This document shows, one piece after another, positions 26,582 through 35,959 of a stretch of 51,533 nucleotides of DNA. The stretch's first letter is position 1; each line of letters starts with the position of its first letter. Location: contig JACOZN010000014.1 of NCBI GenBank assembly GCA_016181305.1, forward strand, positions 1-51,533, in the 5' to 3' direction. The stretch comes from Candidatus Woesearchaeota archaeon. GTDB taxonomy: Archaea > Nanobdellota > Nanobdellia > Woesearchaeales > GW2011-AR4. The notes under the pieces are model-generated. The model searched no databases. It was given only the letters and a program-made list of their open reading frames with translations, and was not told the DNA's origin. The position numbers and the translations under genes were made by a program.

Positions 26582-27054
26582 GGGGCTTAAATGAGTTTGT
26601 CGCTTTAATAAAAGTTCTGGTTCTTTTAAATATTTATAGGAGTTTTATTCAAATAACTCATTAAAAAATAAAACAAAAATCAATCCAATTACGACATAAA
26701 AAATTAAAAACAACGAGAGCGACTTTGTGATTTCCAAGCAAGAAGAAAGTAATCCGCTTTTAATGTATCTTGCGCCGAGGAGGAGCACAAACAAAGCGAC
26801 TTCCACAGCAGAATGCCGAGGCGCACAATATATTGCGAGCGATAGCGAGCAGATTGAAAATAAAAGTTAAATTCAAAAACAAATTCTGCCGCAGGCAGAT
26901 TGAATTTTTTAATATTTGGCATAAAACTTAACTTTAAACCCTGCCTTTCTTTTCCATATAGAAACCAAAATTTTATATAAATTATAAATTTTCTCTTAAA
27001 AATGCGAAACATTTATATAAATAAAACATCTTACAATCCAATCATGGGGGCAAC

Positions 27055-28596
27055 ATGTCGGGTGAGGCAAATCATCAATGCGGCATAGCTGCCGTTTACA
27101 TCAGGGAAAACGGCGACTCGGCCAACAAAGCGCTGTTCTACCTCTACAAGCTTCTTCTTAACCAGCAAAACAGGGGGCAGTTAAGCGCAGGCATTACAAC
27201 ATACAATCCGCAAAGAATGCAGATTCTTGAAACATACAAGGAACTTGGTCCAGTAAATGAAGTTTTTAAGACAAGCGACAGGCAGCAGTCATTGGAAATT
27301 TTCAAAAGATATTCAGGAAACAAGGGCATTGGGCATACAAGGTATGCGACATCAGGAAGCGAGGAAAGAAGCCTTGCGCAGCCTTTTGAGAGGCATCATG
27401 GAAGGAAATGGAAATGGTTTTCATTCTGCTGGAACGGAAACCTTGCAAACTATCAGGAGCTGAAGCAGCACCTTATGGAAAAGGCAGACTACCATATTGT
27501 CTACAACACAGACACTGAAATTCTGATGCACTATATTTCAAGGGAGCTTAAAGGCTCTGTGCGCCCGAATCTTGTCAAGGTTTTCACGAGGCTGGCGCAA
27601 AAGCTTGACGGCTGCTTCAACATAGCTTTCATGAACGCCTTTGGCGAGATGATAATTATTCGCGACCCTTATGGCTTTCGCCCGATTGTCTATGGCTGGA
27701 AAGACGACATGTTCCTTGTTGCCTCCGAGTCAAATGCGCTGATCAACTGCGGGGTTACAGAATACAAGCATCTTGAGCCCGGGCACCTGATTTATGTGAA
27801 GAACGGGCACGTTGAAATAAAGAAATACGCCGAAAGCCCGAGAAAAGCGCATTGCATGTTCGAATGGGTTTACTTTGCAAACGTAAGCTCTGTGCTTGAC
27901 GGGCAGTCTGTCTACATAACAAGGTCAAATCTCGGCAAGGAGCTTGCAAGGCAGGAAACCGAGAAAATAGACGAGAATATCCTTATTGTGCCTGTTCCTG
28001 ACACGGCAAAAGCGGCAGGCAACTCAATGGCTTACGAGCTTAAGCTGCCCGAGGCAGAGGGCCTGATAAGAAACAGGTTTGTAGGCAGGACTTTCATCGA
28101 GGGCTCTGCAAGGGAAGACCGGGTTCAGAACAAGTATACTGCCTTAAGGGAGATACTCAAGGGCAAGAAAGTGATTCTGGTGGATGACAGCATAGTAAGG
28201 GGATCAACAACAAAGCAGCTTATCACCTACATCAAAAAGGTTGGCGGGGCAAAAGAGGTTCATGTCAGGATTTCATGCCCGCCCATAAGGGGGCCGTGCT
28301 TTTACGGCATTGACATGTCGACAGTTTCAGAGCTGCTTGTGCCAAGATACGAGGGAGAGCCTAAAAAAGGAGAAGTTTCAAAGGAAGTTATTGCAAAGAT
28401 TGCCAAAGACTTAGGAGCAGATTCACTGCATTACCAGAGCATCCAAGGGCTGGTTAAGAGCATCGGCAAGCCCGCCAAAGACCTGTGCATGGCATGCATA
28501 ACAGGAGAGTATCCAACACCTCATGGAAAGAAATTATATCTCAAGGCATGGGACAATTTCAGGAAAGGCATAAAGGAAAGGACTTATGCGTGCTGA
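27055..28596 (+). CDS. purF: Amidophosphoribosyltransferase
   Basis: Short propeptide then CGI; NRGQLSAG, IGHTRYATSG, QPF, WNGNL, VDDSIVRG, YGIDM. Confidence 0.95.
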   Translation: MSGEANHQCGIAAVYIRENGDSANKALFYLYKLLLNQQNRGQLSAGITTYNPQRMQILETYKELGPVNEVFKTSDRQQSLEIFKRYSGNKGIGHTRYATSGSEERSLAQPFERHHGRKWKWFSFCWNGNLANYQELKQHLMEKADYHIVYNTDTEILMHYISRELKGSVRPNLVKVFTRLAQKLDGCFNIAFMNAFGEMIIIRDPYGFRPIVYGWKDDMFLVASESNALINCGVTEYKHLEPGHLIYVKNGHVEIKKYAESPRKAHCMFEWVYFANVSSVLDGQSVYITRSNLGKELARQETEKIDENILIVPVPDTAKAAGNSMAYELKLPEAEGLIRNRFVGRTFIEGSAREDRVQNKYTALREILKGKKVILVDDSIVRGSTTKQLITYIKKVGGAKEVHVRISCPPIRGPCFYGIDMSTVSELLVPRYEGEPKKGEVSKEVIAKIAKDLGADSLHYQSIQGLVKSIGKPAKDLCMACITGEYPTPHGKKLYLKAWDNFRKGIKERTYAC

Positions 28597-28599
28597 AAA

Positions 28600-28920
28600 T
28601 TAACGATATTCTTCCAGATACTCTACCACCCTATGCTTGCCATCCAATCCTTTTATTATCTTGTACCTGCCTTGTTCATAACGGCTTAAGTGCCGTGATA
28701 AACAAGCCCCGTGTGCATCATCCTCAACAGGTACTTCTATTTCATTGACAACCAAATTCGGATTTTTTTTGATATGATCTAGCAAACTAGAAGCCTGCTG
28801 CGCACATCTTTTGTCAATCTCAGTTACAGCAGAATAAGCTGGTGTGCTTAAAGCCTGCAAAACAGTGAAAACAAGCCCGCCCGTTATTGCTGTTATTGGT
28901 ACTACTTTATTTCTAACCAT
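28600..28920 (-). CDS. Hypothetical exported protein
   Basis: 106 aa; N-terminal hydrophobic signal ending PAYSA; two Cys. Confidence 0.55.
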   Translation of the reverse strand: MVRNKVVPITAITGGLVFTVLQALSTPAYSAVTEIDKRCAQQASSLLDHIKKNPNLVVNEIEVPVEDDAHGACLSRHLSRYEQGRYKIIKGLDGKHRVVEYLEEYR

Positions 28921-28962
28921 ACTCCACCATGGCTTAAGTTTTTTTGAATTAACTAAGAAATA

Positions 28963-29157
28963 TTATACCTTCTCCACTTCCTCTGCTTTCAGGCCCCTGT
29001 CGCCCTCGACAGCTTTGAAAGAAACCTTGTCGCCTTCTGTTATTGATGTGCCTTCCTTCAATCCGCTTGAATGCACAAAATATTCCTTGCCGTCGTCTCC
29101 TGCAATGAAGCCGAAATGCTTCATGCTGTTAAAAAATTTCACAGTTCCTTCAACCAT
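28963..29157 (-). CDS. csp: Cold-shock protein
   Basis: GTVKFFN..KHFGFI...YFVH (RNP1/RNP2); SD GGAGG upstream of the ATG at 29157. Confidence 0.93.
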   Translation of the reverse strand: MVEGTVKFFNSMKHFGFIAGDDGKEYFVHSSGLKEGTSITEGDKVSFKAVEGDRGLKAEEVEKV

Positions 29158-29158
29158 A

Positions 29159-29311
29159 TCACTTCCCTCCTTGCTTAAACTTGCTTGTACAGGCTTTGCA
29201 GTAGTTTCTTGAAGCATACCTTTGGTCCAAGTCAACAACAAACCTTTCCTTGCATGCCCTGCAAAACCCTATTATCTTGTACAGCCTTGCAGGCTTTTTT
29301 GCCTTTTTCAT
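29159..29311 (-). CDS. CxxC-x17-CxxC zinc-finger small protein (missing from the ORF track)
   Basis: 50 aa MKKAKKPARLYKIIGFCRACKERFVVDLDQRYASRNYCKACTSKFKQGGK; its stop lies 1 nt before the csp ATG and its last codons contain the csp SD. Confidence 0.75.
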   Translation of the reverse strand: MKKAKKPARLYKIIGFCRACKERFVVDLDQRYASRNYCKACTSKFKQGGK

Positions 29312-29349
29312 CACAAGTGTATAGCTGGCTGCTTTAAAATACTATGCAT

Positions 29350-30888
29350 TTATTCATACTCAATCGTCGCTGGCGGTTTTTGTGAAATATCATACAAAAC
29401 CCTGTTCACGCCCCTAATCTCATTAATGATTCTGTTTGAAATTTTCTCAAGCAATTCATTCGGCAGCCTTGCCCAGTCTGCTGTCATTGCATCGAGGCTT
29501 GTTACTGCCCTCAAGGAAATCACATATTCATAAGTCCTTGAGTCCCCCATGACGCCAACAGCCTTTACAGGCAGCAAAGCAGCGAATGCCTGCCATGTCT
29601 TGCTGTAATAGCCTGATTTTTTCAATTCATCAATAAAAATGAAATCAGCATCCCTCAAAATGCTCAGCCTTTCTTCTATAACCTCGCCCAAAATCCTGAT
29701 TGCAAGCCCTGGCCCCGGGAATGGATGCCTGTTCAGTATCTCGTCCGGGACTTTAAGCTCTTTTCCAAGCTTTCTGACTTCGTCCTTGTAGAATTCCTTC
29801 AATGGCTCGATAATCCTGAGCACCATTTTCTCCGGCAGAGTTACATTGTGGTGGCTTTTGATTTTTGACGCGAATTTGCTTGGCTGTGCGCTCTCAATCC
29901 TGTCGGGGTAGATTGTGCCCTGCCCGAGAAACTTGATGTTTTTGTGTTTTTTTCCGAGTTCTGCAACCTTGCTTTCAAAAACCTCAATGAAAGTGTGCCC
30001 TATTATCTTTCTTTTTTCCTCCGGCTCTGCAACGCCTTTTAATCGCTCCAAAAATATTTGCGAAGCATCGACAAAATAAAAATGCCTGAAATTCAGCTTT
30101 TTCTCAAAGAAATTTTTTACCTCTTCAGCCTCATTCTTTCTTATCAAGCCGTGGTCGACAAAAACACAATAAAGGCGGTTGCCGACTGCCCTGTGAAGCA
30201 GTGTTGCAGCAACGGTGCTGTCAACGCCGCCTGAGACTCCCATTATCACTGAATTCTTCCCGACTTCTTTTTTTATTTCCCTGATCAGTTTTTTTGAAGC
30301 GCTTTTTATGTGCCAGTCTCTTTTTGCCCTGCAGATGTCAAAGACAAAATTTCTCAGGATTTCGCCTCCTCTTGGCGTGTGCGCGACTTCTGCATGGAAT
30401 TGAATCCCGTAAAGCCTTTTCCCGCTGTTCTCAAAGGCCGCTATATGGCACGAGTCTGTTGACGCCAATATATCAAAATCATCCGGCAGTTTTGCAACCA
30501 AGTCGCCATGGCTCATCCAAACCTGCTCTTTTTTTGACAAGCCCTTCAGCAATTTCCCGTTTTTTTTGATGTAAATCGTTTTACTTCCGAATTCCTTTAA
30601 TTTTCCTGCTAAAACCTCACCCCCGGCAAATTTTCCAATCAATTGAAGGCCGTAGCAGATTCCCAGCACTGGAATCCCCAATCCAAGAACTTTTCTCTCC
30701 ATGCTTGGCGCGTTATGCTCATAGACGCTAGCCGGGCCTCCTGAAAGTATGATTCCATCAGGCTTCAGTTTGCCAATCTCCTTTAAAGAAACGTCGCAAG
30801 GAAGAATTTCCGCGTAAACTCCAAAATCACGCACTCTTCTTGCTATCAAATGGCAATACTGCCCGCCGAAGTTAAGGACTAAAATCAT
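29350..30888 (-). CDS. guaA: GMP synthase (fused GATase + synthetase)
   Basis: NFGGQY, LGICYG, QFHAEV, GVSGGVDS, RHPFPGPGLAIR, KPPATIEYE. Confidence 0.97.
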   Translation of the reverse strand: MILVLNFGGQYCHLIARRVRDFGVYAEILPCDVSLKEIGKLKPDGIILSGGPASVYEHNAPSMERKVLGLGIPVLGICYGLQLIGKFAGGEVLAGKLKEFGSKTIYIKKNGKLLKGLSKKEQVWMSHGDLVAKLPDDFDILASTDSCHIAAFENSGKRLYGIQFHAEVAHTPRGGEILRNFVFDICRAKRDWHIKSASKKLIREIKKEVGKNSVIMGVSGGVDSTVAATLLHRAVGNRLYCVFVDHGLIRKNEAEEVKNFFEKKLNFRHFYFVDASQIFLERLKGVAEPEEKRKIIGHTFIEVFESKVAELGKKHKNIKFLGQGTIYPDRIESAQPSKFASKIKSHHNVTLPEKMVLRIIEPLKEFYKDEVRKLGKELKVPDEILNRHPFPGPGLAIRILGEVIEERLSILRDADFIFIDELKKSGYYSKTWQAFAALLPVKAVGVMGDSRTYEYVISLRAVTSLDAMTADWARLPNELLEKISNRIINEIRGVNRVLYDISQKPPATIEYE

Positions 30889-30889
30889 T

Positions 30890-31657
30890 TTATTTAAACA
30901 ATGATAAAACCCAATTTACAATCTTATTTATTATGCTGGGCTCTTTATTTTGAGCTTGTTGTTGCCCTGTTTGCATGGATTTGTTCTCGACAATACCGGA
31001 TTCCAAATTTACTTTTAGTTTCTCTTTGCTTTTATCTGATATTTTTTTGTTGAGCTCGTCAATAATCATCTTCTTTTCTTCTTCCATGCTGGTTTGTTTG
31101 GTTTGCTCTTGTGAATTTTCCTGCCCTTCCTCAGTTTTCTGCCCGGAAGCCTGTTTTGGCTCTTCCTCGACTGCAACCAAATACTCATTGCCGTCCAAGC
31201 CGTATTTTTTGTAATTAACAAGAACGTTGACAGCTTCCCGTGTTGCCTTGTCTGTATGCCCAGCTACAATGATATGGTTGTATTTATCATACTCAAATAA
31301 TCTTATTACAGCCTTGCCATTTCCAGCAAAATTGTCGCACGGCTGCGGATAGCCCATAATCTGTGCAGACACATTATTGTGGCATGGGCTTCCTATGGAG
31401 ATTATGCTTTGATTTAAAGAGCTGATTTCGCTTGCCAGCTTTGAAGCGCCCTGAACCTGACTTTCAGTCTCGCTGCCAAAAAACAAGACAAGGCTGCTTT
31501 GCGCAATGACATCCGATGAAGGCGCCCTGTTGCCAACAACTATGGCGGCATTTAATTTGCCATCTTCAATAAACATCTCGGGAAAATCGGACAAATCATT
31601 CGCATAGACGAAGCTAGTTAAGAGAATAAACATTGCCAAATAAACTATATTTTTCAT
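30890..31657 (-). CDS. Short S-layer-domain protein (N- and C-terminal S-layer blocks joined) with a charged tail
   Basis: ANDLSDFPEMFIEDG...IVVGNRAPSSDVIA and IGSPCHN...IVAG...TREA, parallel to both ends of the 241-2799 protein. Confidence 0.75.
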   Translation of the reverse strand: MKNIVYLAMFILLTSFVYANDLSDFPEMFIEDGKLNAAIVVGNRAPSSDVIAQSSLVLFFGSETESQVQGASKLASEISSLNQSIISIGSPCHNNVSAQIMGYPQPCDNFAGNGKAVIRLFEYDKYNHIIVAGHTDKATREAVNVLVNYKKYGLDGNEYLVAVEEEPKQASGQKTEEGQENSQEQTKQTSMEEEKKMIIDELNKKISDKSKEKLKVNLESGIVENKSMQTGQQQAQNKEPSIINKIVNWVLSLFK

Positions 31658-31659
31658 TT

Positions 31660-32787
31660 TCAAGTGCAAATCAAATCAAGTTTTCCAATTTCCAATGCTT
31701 TCTTTATTTCCAAGCCAATCCTTTCGCCGTAGCTTATTGAGTATCCATAAAGATAGCCAGAATATGGCGTGAACAAAGTCCCAGGGCTTCCTGGAATTCT
31801 CATGCTTACATCAAAAATCACAATGTCTTCCCTGCCTTCTTCTGCGACAACAGCGCCCTGCAAAGCAAATGGACCAATTATACCATTTACGTGATGCTTT
31901 TTTGTTGCAGCAACAAACTTTTCTCCCAGCTCAAAGGCTTTTTCAAGCAAAGACTCCTTTATTGTTACATTAAAATGCCCTGTCTCAATGTATTTTGGCT
32001 TGATGTGCTTCAAAACTTCCAATTGCTCGGTTGCCGGCAGCCTTAAAATGCCGTCAAGATTTGTCTGGCGCCTTGCATCAGTGCCCATCAGTTCCAATTC
32101 ATCGTTCAAAGGGCTGTAGAAAAAGTTGAAATTCACATGAGCGCCAATGACATATTCCTCAATGATAGCTTTGATTAAATCCTTTTTTGTGATTATTTTT
32201 TTATTCAGCAAGTCGTTTGATTTTTCCTTATAATCCTTGTAGCTCGAGCACAGGAAAAATGCCCTTTCATAGCCTCTTTTGGCTTCTGCAACCTTTACAA
32301 TGCACAATCTGTCGATTTTCTTTGCGTCCTTGAATATTTTTGGCGTTCTTATGCCTGCCTTTTCAAGCAAAAAGTACTGGTTTTTCGGCACATCCCTTTC
32401 TTCGAGCTTAACCATGTCCCTTGTGCCGTAGATTGGCACCATAAACCTGTTTTCAATGTCCCTGAAATTGCAGTAAACCCAGAAGTACCTGTTGTGCACG
32501 AAGATTGTGTTTCTCTTTCTCAGCTCTTCCTGAACATTATTTTTTGTTATATCTGAGAATTTATTGACAATAATAACATCATCAACAAAGCCGATGCCTT
32601 CCCTTCTTTTGTAGTATTTTGTGTAAGTTTTTTCCCTTCCCTTCTGCGCAATAACCAATGTTTTGAATCCATGCGAATGCGCGCCCCTGCAAACATCCAA
32701 TGCAGAATGCCCGCCGAGCACTCCGATGGTTATGCTGTTCTTGTCGTAATTTTCCAGCAATTTTGATATTTGGTTGCGGGAAATCAT
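31660..32787 (-). CDS. PurP-family ATP-grasp ligase, second paralog
   Basis: GVLGGHSALD, KLEER, ERAFF, DARRQTNLDG, PFALQG, RIPGSPG. Confidence 0.9.
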   Translation of the reverse strand: MISRNQISKLLENYDKNSITIGVLGGHSALDVCRGAHSHGFKTLVIAQKGREKTYTKYYKRREGIGFVDDVIIVNKFSDITKNNVQEELRKRNTIFVHNRYFWVYCNFRDIENRFMVPIYGTRDMVKLEERDVPKNQYFLLEKAGIRTPKIFKDAKKIDRLCIVKVAEAKRGYERAFFLCSSYKDYKEKSNDLLNKKIITKKDLIKAIIEEYVIGAHVNFNFFYSPLNDELELMGTDARRQTNLDGILRLPATEQLEVLKHIKPKYIETGHFNVTIKESLLEKAFELGEKFVAATKKHHVNGIIGPFALQGAVVAEEGREDIVIFDVSMRIPGSPGTLFTPYSGYLYGYSISYGERIGLEIKKALEIGKLDLICT

Positions 32788-32788
32788 T

Positions 32789-33802
32789 TTATCCCAACAC
32801 TCTCTTCATCTGATTCGTCTTTATCGCATTCTTTATCTCAATCGCAATCCTTCTTCCTGTTGACATCGGCTTATCATATTTTAACCAAGTGTAAGGGCTG
32901 CCTTCAATGAATGGGTTTGTGCCTGCAACGATTCTTGCTGAAATTTCAAAGACATAAATCTCCTCTTCAGGAGTCAGTATTGTTTCAAGGCAGAATGGGC
33001 CGAACAATCCAGGCGGAGCGAGTTTTTTTGAAACTTCAACAACCTTTTCACCCATTTCAATCAATCTTGGCAGGAATGACTCACGAACAACAACCGGAAT
33101 ATTTCCAACAATGACATAGCTAGGATCAATCTTTGGCAGAACAATCTGGTCTCTTGCTGAAATCCTGCCTAAAGAGTCAACATTGCTTTCATACCTTATG
33201 TCGCAGCCCATGATTTCAATTTCATTTGTCAAAGAAGAGTAAAAGTAATGAATAAACAAAGGAACTCCGATTATGTATTCCTGCAATACATATTTTCTTA
33301 ATTGGTATGGCTTGATTTTCCTGTAGAAGTCCTTCTTGTCCTTTGCAAGGAAATACCCCCTTCCTCCCTCTGCGCCCATGAATTTGACAATAACGAGCCT
33401 GTCAATGTCTTCTGGCTTTTTGAATAACAAGGGAACTTTCAATCCCGATTTTGTGAGCCACTGCCTCTCCAGATGCCTGTCAGACTCCCATTTAAGGATT
33501 TTCTTGTTGCCGTAGTAATTGACCTTGAGCTTTTCAACTTCCTCATAGCCCATGTAGGTTACAAAAGAGCCGTGCGGAATGATGATAGCATTCTTTTTAA
33601 TAAGCTCTTTCTGTATTTTTGGGAAATTCTTGTAGGAATCAATGCTTATGATATCATCTGCTGCATTAAACATCTTATAGGGGCTTTCTGAGCCCTTTTT
33701 GCACACAGCAATGGTCTTGAAGCCTTCGTCATGCGCTCCCTTGAATATTTGCAGTGCAGAATGAGAGCCTATTGTTGCAATCCTGTATTTTGGCTGCGCC
33801 AT
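32789..33802 (-). CDS. purP: AICAR formate ligase PurP
   Basis: IATIGSHSALQI, PHGSF, GGRGYF, RYESNVD, GPFCLE, EISARIVAG. Confidence 0.93.
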   Translation of the reverse strand: MAQPKYRIATIGSHSALQIFKGAHDEGFKTIAVCKKGSESPYKMFNAADDIISIDSYKNFPKIQKELIKKNAIIIPHGSFVTYMGYEEVEKLKVNYYGNKKILKWESDRHLERQWLTKSGLKVPLLFKKPEDIDRLVIVKFMGAEGGRGYFLAKDKKDFYRKIKPYQLRKYVLQEYIIGVPLFIHYFYSSLTNEIEIMGCDIRYESNVDSLGRISARDQIVLPKIDPSYVIVGNIPVVVRESFLPRLIEMGEKVVEVSKKLAPPGLFGPFCLETILTPEEEIYVFEISARIVAGTNPFIEGSPYTWLKYDKPMSTGRRIAIEIKNAIKTNQMKRVLG

Positions 33803-33890
33803 ATAAGAGGGTATGCTATATTCTATATAAATTTTACTACCCCTAATAGATATTAAAGAATTGTTTGCTATATGGAAAAGAATATTACAC

Positions 33891-34604
33891 TTATGTTAAA
33901 CTTAAAGGATGGTAGATGGCAACATTTGTATTGCCTGGCTTTGAATCAATTGATAAGTGACTTCTAAGAAATTTGCAAACTAGCGAAACATAATATAATC
34001 CAAATCCACTCTCTTCACCGCGAGTTGAGACGCCAAGCTTAAGAAAATCACTTTTAGGCATGCCTTTGGGAAAACCTTGCCCATTGTCATTAACGTTAAA
34101 CTTTACGAAATCACCTTCAAGAGGCATTTCATGAGATATATAATCTGCTATCGGTATAACCCCGGAAAATTGTGATACATTTACTGAAATTTTTCTATCA
34201 TCTGGCTTAGTGAATTGCGCAGCATTTTTTACCAGATTGTATAATGCAGAATAGATTAATGAATCAATTGAAAATATATTTTTATCCATTTGAATAGAAT
34301 ATGGGATTTCAAGGTGGTGCCTATGCCTAAAAAAGTTAGTTAGTTGATTAATTTTTTTTTCTATGTCTTGGCTGTCGTATTTATCCAAGTATACAATATC
34401 CTTTTTTGACAATGTTTGTATCGATTTAACTATCTCACAAACGTGATCAATATAACTATTCTCTTTATCTGGTTGAAGCGATGGCTTCTCACCCATGACT
34501 CTAAGTTCGCTGCATGAAAGCAAAGCAGACAATACTCCATCTAAATCATGACCTAGTAAACTACTGATGTTTGCTTTTTCCTCAGGTTCTAAAGGATTAT
34601 TCAT
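33891..34604 (-). CDS. Sensor-less histidine kinase (H-box + HATPase_c)
   Basis: LGHDL H-box, YNLVKNA N-box, DNGQGF G1 and GFGL G2; 237 aa with no input domain. Confidence 0.75.
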   Translation of the reverse strand: MNNPLEPEEKANISSLLGHDLDGVLSALLSCSELRVMGEKPSLQPDKENSYIDHVCEIVKSIQTLSKKDIVYLDKYDSQDIEKKINQLTNFFRHRHHLEIPYSIQMDKNIFSIDSLIYSALYNLVKNAAQFTKPDDRKISVNVSQFSGVIPIADYISHEMPLEGDFVKFNVNDNGQGFPKGMPKSDFLKLGVSTRGEESGFGLYYVSLVCKFLRSHLSIDSKPGNTNVAIYHPLSLT

Positions 34605-34684
34605 AACTCTATAGTAATGATATCCATTATATAAACCTAAGCATTCCGCAACCTTTAAATAAAAATCCCCTTTGCCGCTAAGTT

Positions 34685-35923
34685 ATGGCAAGGCAATACA
34701 ACCCTTCAAACGTTGCAGTCATCGGAATGGAATGGGGTGATGAAGGCAAGGGCAAGATTGTCGATTTTCTGGCTGAGAAAGCAGACATTATTGCAAGGTT
34801 CAACGGCGGCAACAACGCAGGGCATACAATCGAGGCAAACAACAAAAAAATTGTCGTGCATCTGGTTCCTTCAGGGGTTATGCACAGGAACAAGTTCAAC
34901 GTTGTGGGAAACGGATTGGTTATTGACCCTAAAATCCTGCTTCATGAAATCAAAAATCTCGAGAAAAACGGCATAAAAATTTCACCTCAAAATCTCGCAA
35001 TAAGCGAAAATGCCCATGTAATTCTGCCGCACCATATTGCTGAAGACAGGCAGGCAGGCGGCAAAATCGGAACAACCGGGAGGGGCATTGGACCCGCTTA
35101 CACCGACAAGGCGGCAAGAATCGGGCTGAGAATGCAGGACTTTGTTGATGATTCAATCTTTAAAAAAAGGTTTGGCGAGGAAGAGTTTTATCAGGAATAC
35201 AAAGGCTATGCAGAGGAATTAAAGCCCTATATTAATGATACAACGGCCATAATAAATGATGCAATAGGCAACAACAAAAAAGTTATTTTTGAGGGCGCGC
35301 AGGGAACTTTGCTGGATATAGACCATGGCACATATCCGTTTGTTACTTCATCCAGCGCAACATCAGGGGGAGTCTGCACAGGGCTTGGAATTTCGCCAAG
35401 AAAAGTGCAAAGTGTAATGGGGGTATGCAAGGCTTACAAGACAAGAGTGGGCAATGGGCCTTTTCCGACTGAGATTACAGGCGCTGTAGGGCAGAAAATA
35501 CAAAAAATCGGCAGGGAATTTGGCGCAACAACCGGAAGGGAAAGAAGAGTTGGCTGGTTTGATGCATTGATTGGCAAGTATGCTGTCATGGTTAACGGCA
35601 TTGACTCAATCGCATTGACAAAGCTTGACGTATTCACGACAGTTGACAAATTAAAGATATGCGTTGCTTACAAATACAAGGGCAATGTGCTGAAGGACTT
35701 CACAACAAGCATAAAAATACTGCAGAACTGCCAGCCTGTTTACGAGGAATTGGATGGCTGGTGGGACGACATCACAAAAGTAAGAAGCTATGACAAATTG
35801 CCCAATAATGCAAAGAAATACTTAAGAAGGATTGAAGAATTATTAAAAGTTCCAATCTCAATCATTTCAGTCGGGCCAAAAAGAGAGCAGACGATTGTGG
35901 CAAGGAATGAGTTTTTGGTTTGA
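34685..35923 (+). CDS. purA: Adenylosuccinate synthetase
   Basis: WGDEGKGK, GGNNAGHT, IGTTGRGIGP, EGAQG, GATTGR.RR.GW, TKLD. Confidence 0.97.
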   Translation: MARQYNPSNVAVIGMEWGDEGKGKIVDFLAEKADIIARFNGGNNAGHTIEANNKKIVVHLVPSGVMHRNKFNVVGNGLVIDPKILLHEIKNLEKNGIKISPQNLAISENAHVILPHHIAEDRQAGGKIGTTGRGIGPAYTDKAARIGLRMQDFVDDSIFKKRFGEEEFYQEYKGYAEELKPYINDTTAIINDAIGNNKKVIFEGAQGTLLDIDHGTYPFVTSSSATSGGVCTGLGISPRKVQSVMGVCKAYKTRVGNGPFPTEITGAVGQKIQKIGREFGATTGRERRVGWFDALIGKYAVMVNGIDSIALTKLDVFTTVDKLKICVAYKYKGNVLKDFTTSIKILQNCQPVYEELDGWWDDITKVRSYDKLPNNAKKYLRRIEELLKVPISIISVGPKREQTIVARNEFLV

Positions 35924-35959
35924 ATTATCATTTTACAAAGAGGTGCAATAAGGTGCACT

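Noticed and set aside
26704-27012. 102-aa minus-strand ORF as a real protein
   Set aside because: It runs through AT-rich promoter sequence and a hairpin-rich element, with atypical composition and no motif; treated as a structured element instead.
31660-33802. Two tandem purP-like genes as a novel duplication
   Set aside because: Paired PurP-family paralogs are an established feature of many archaea.
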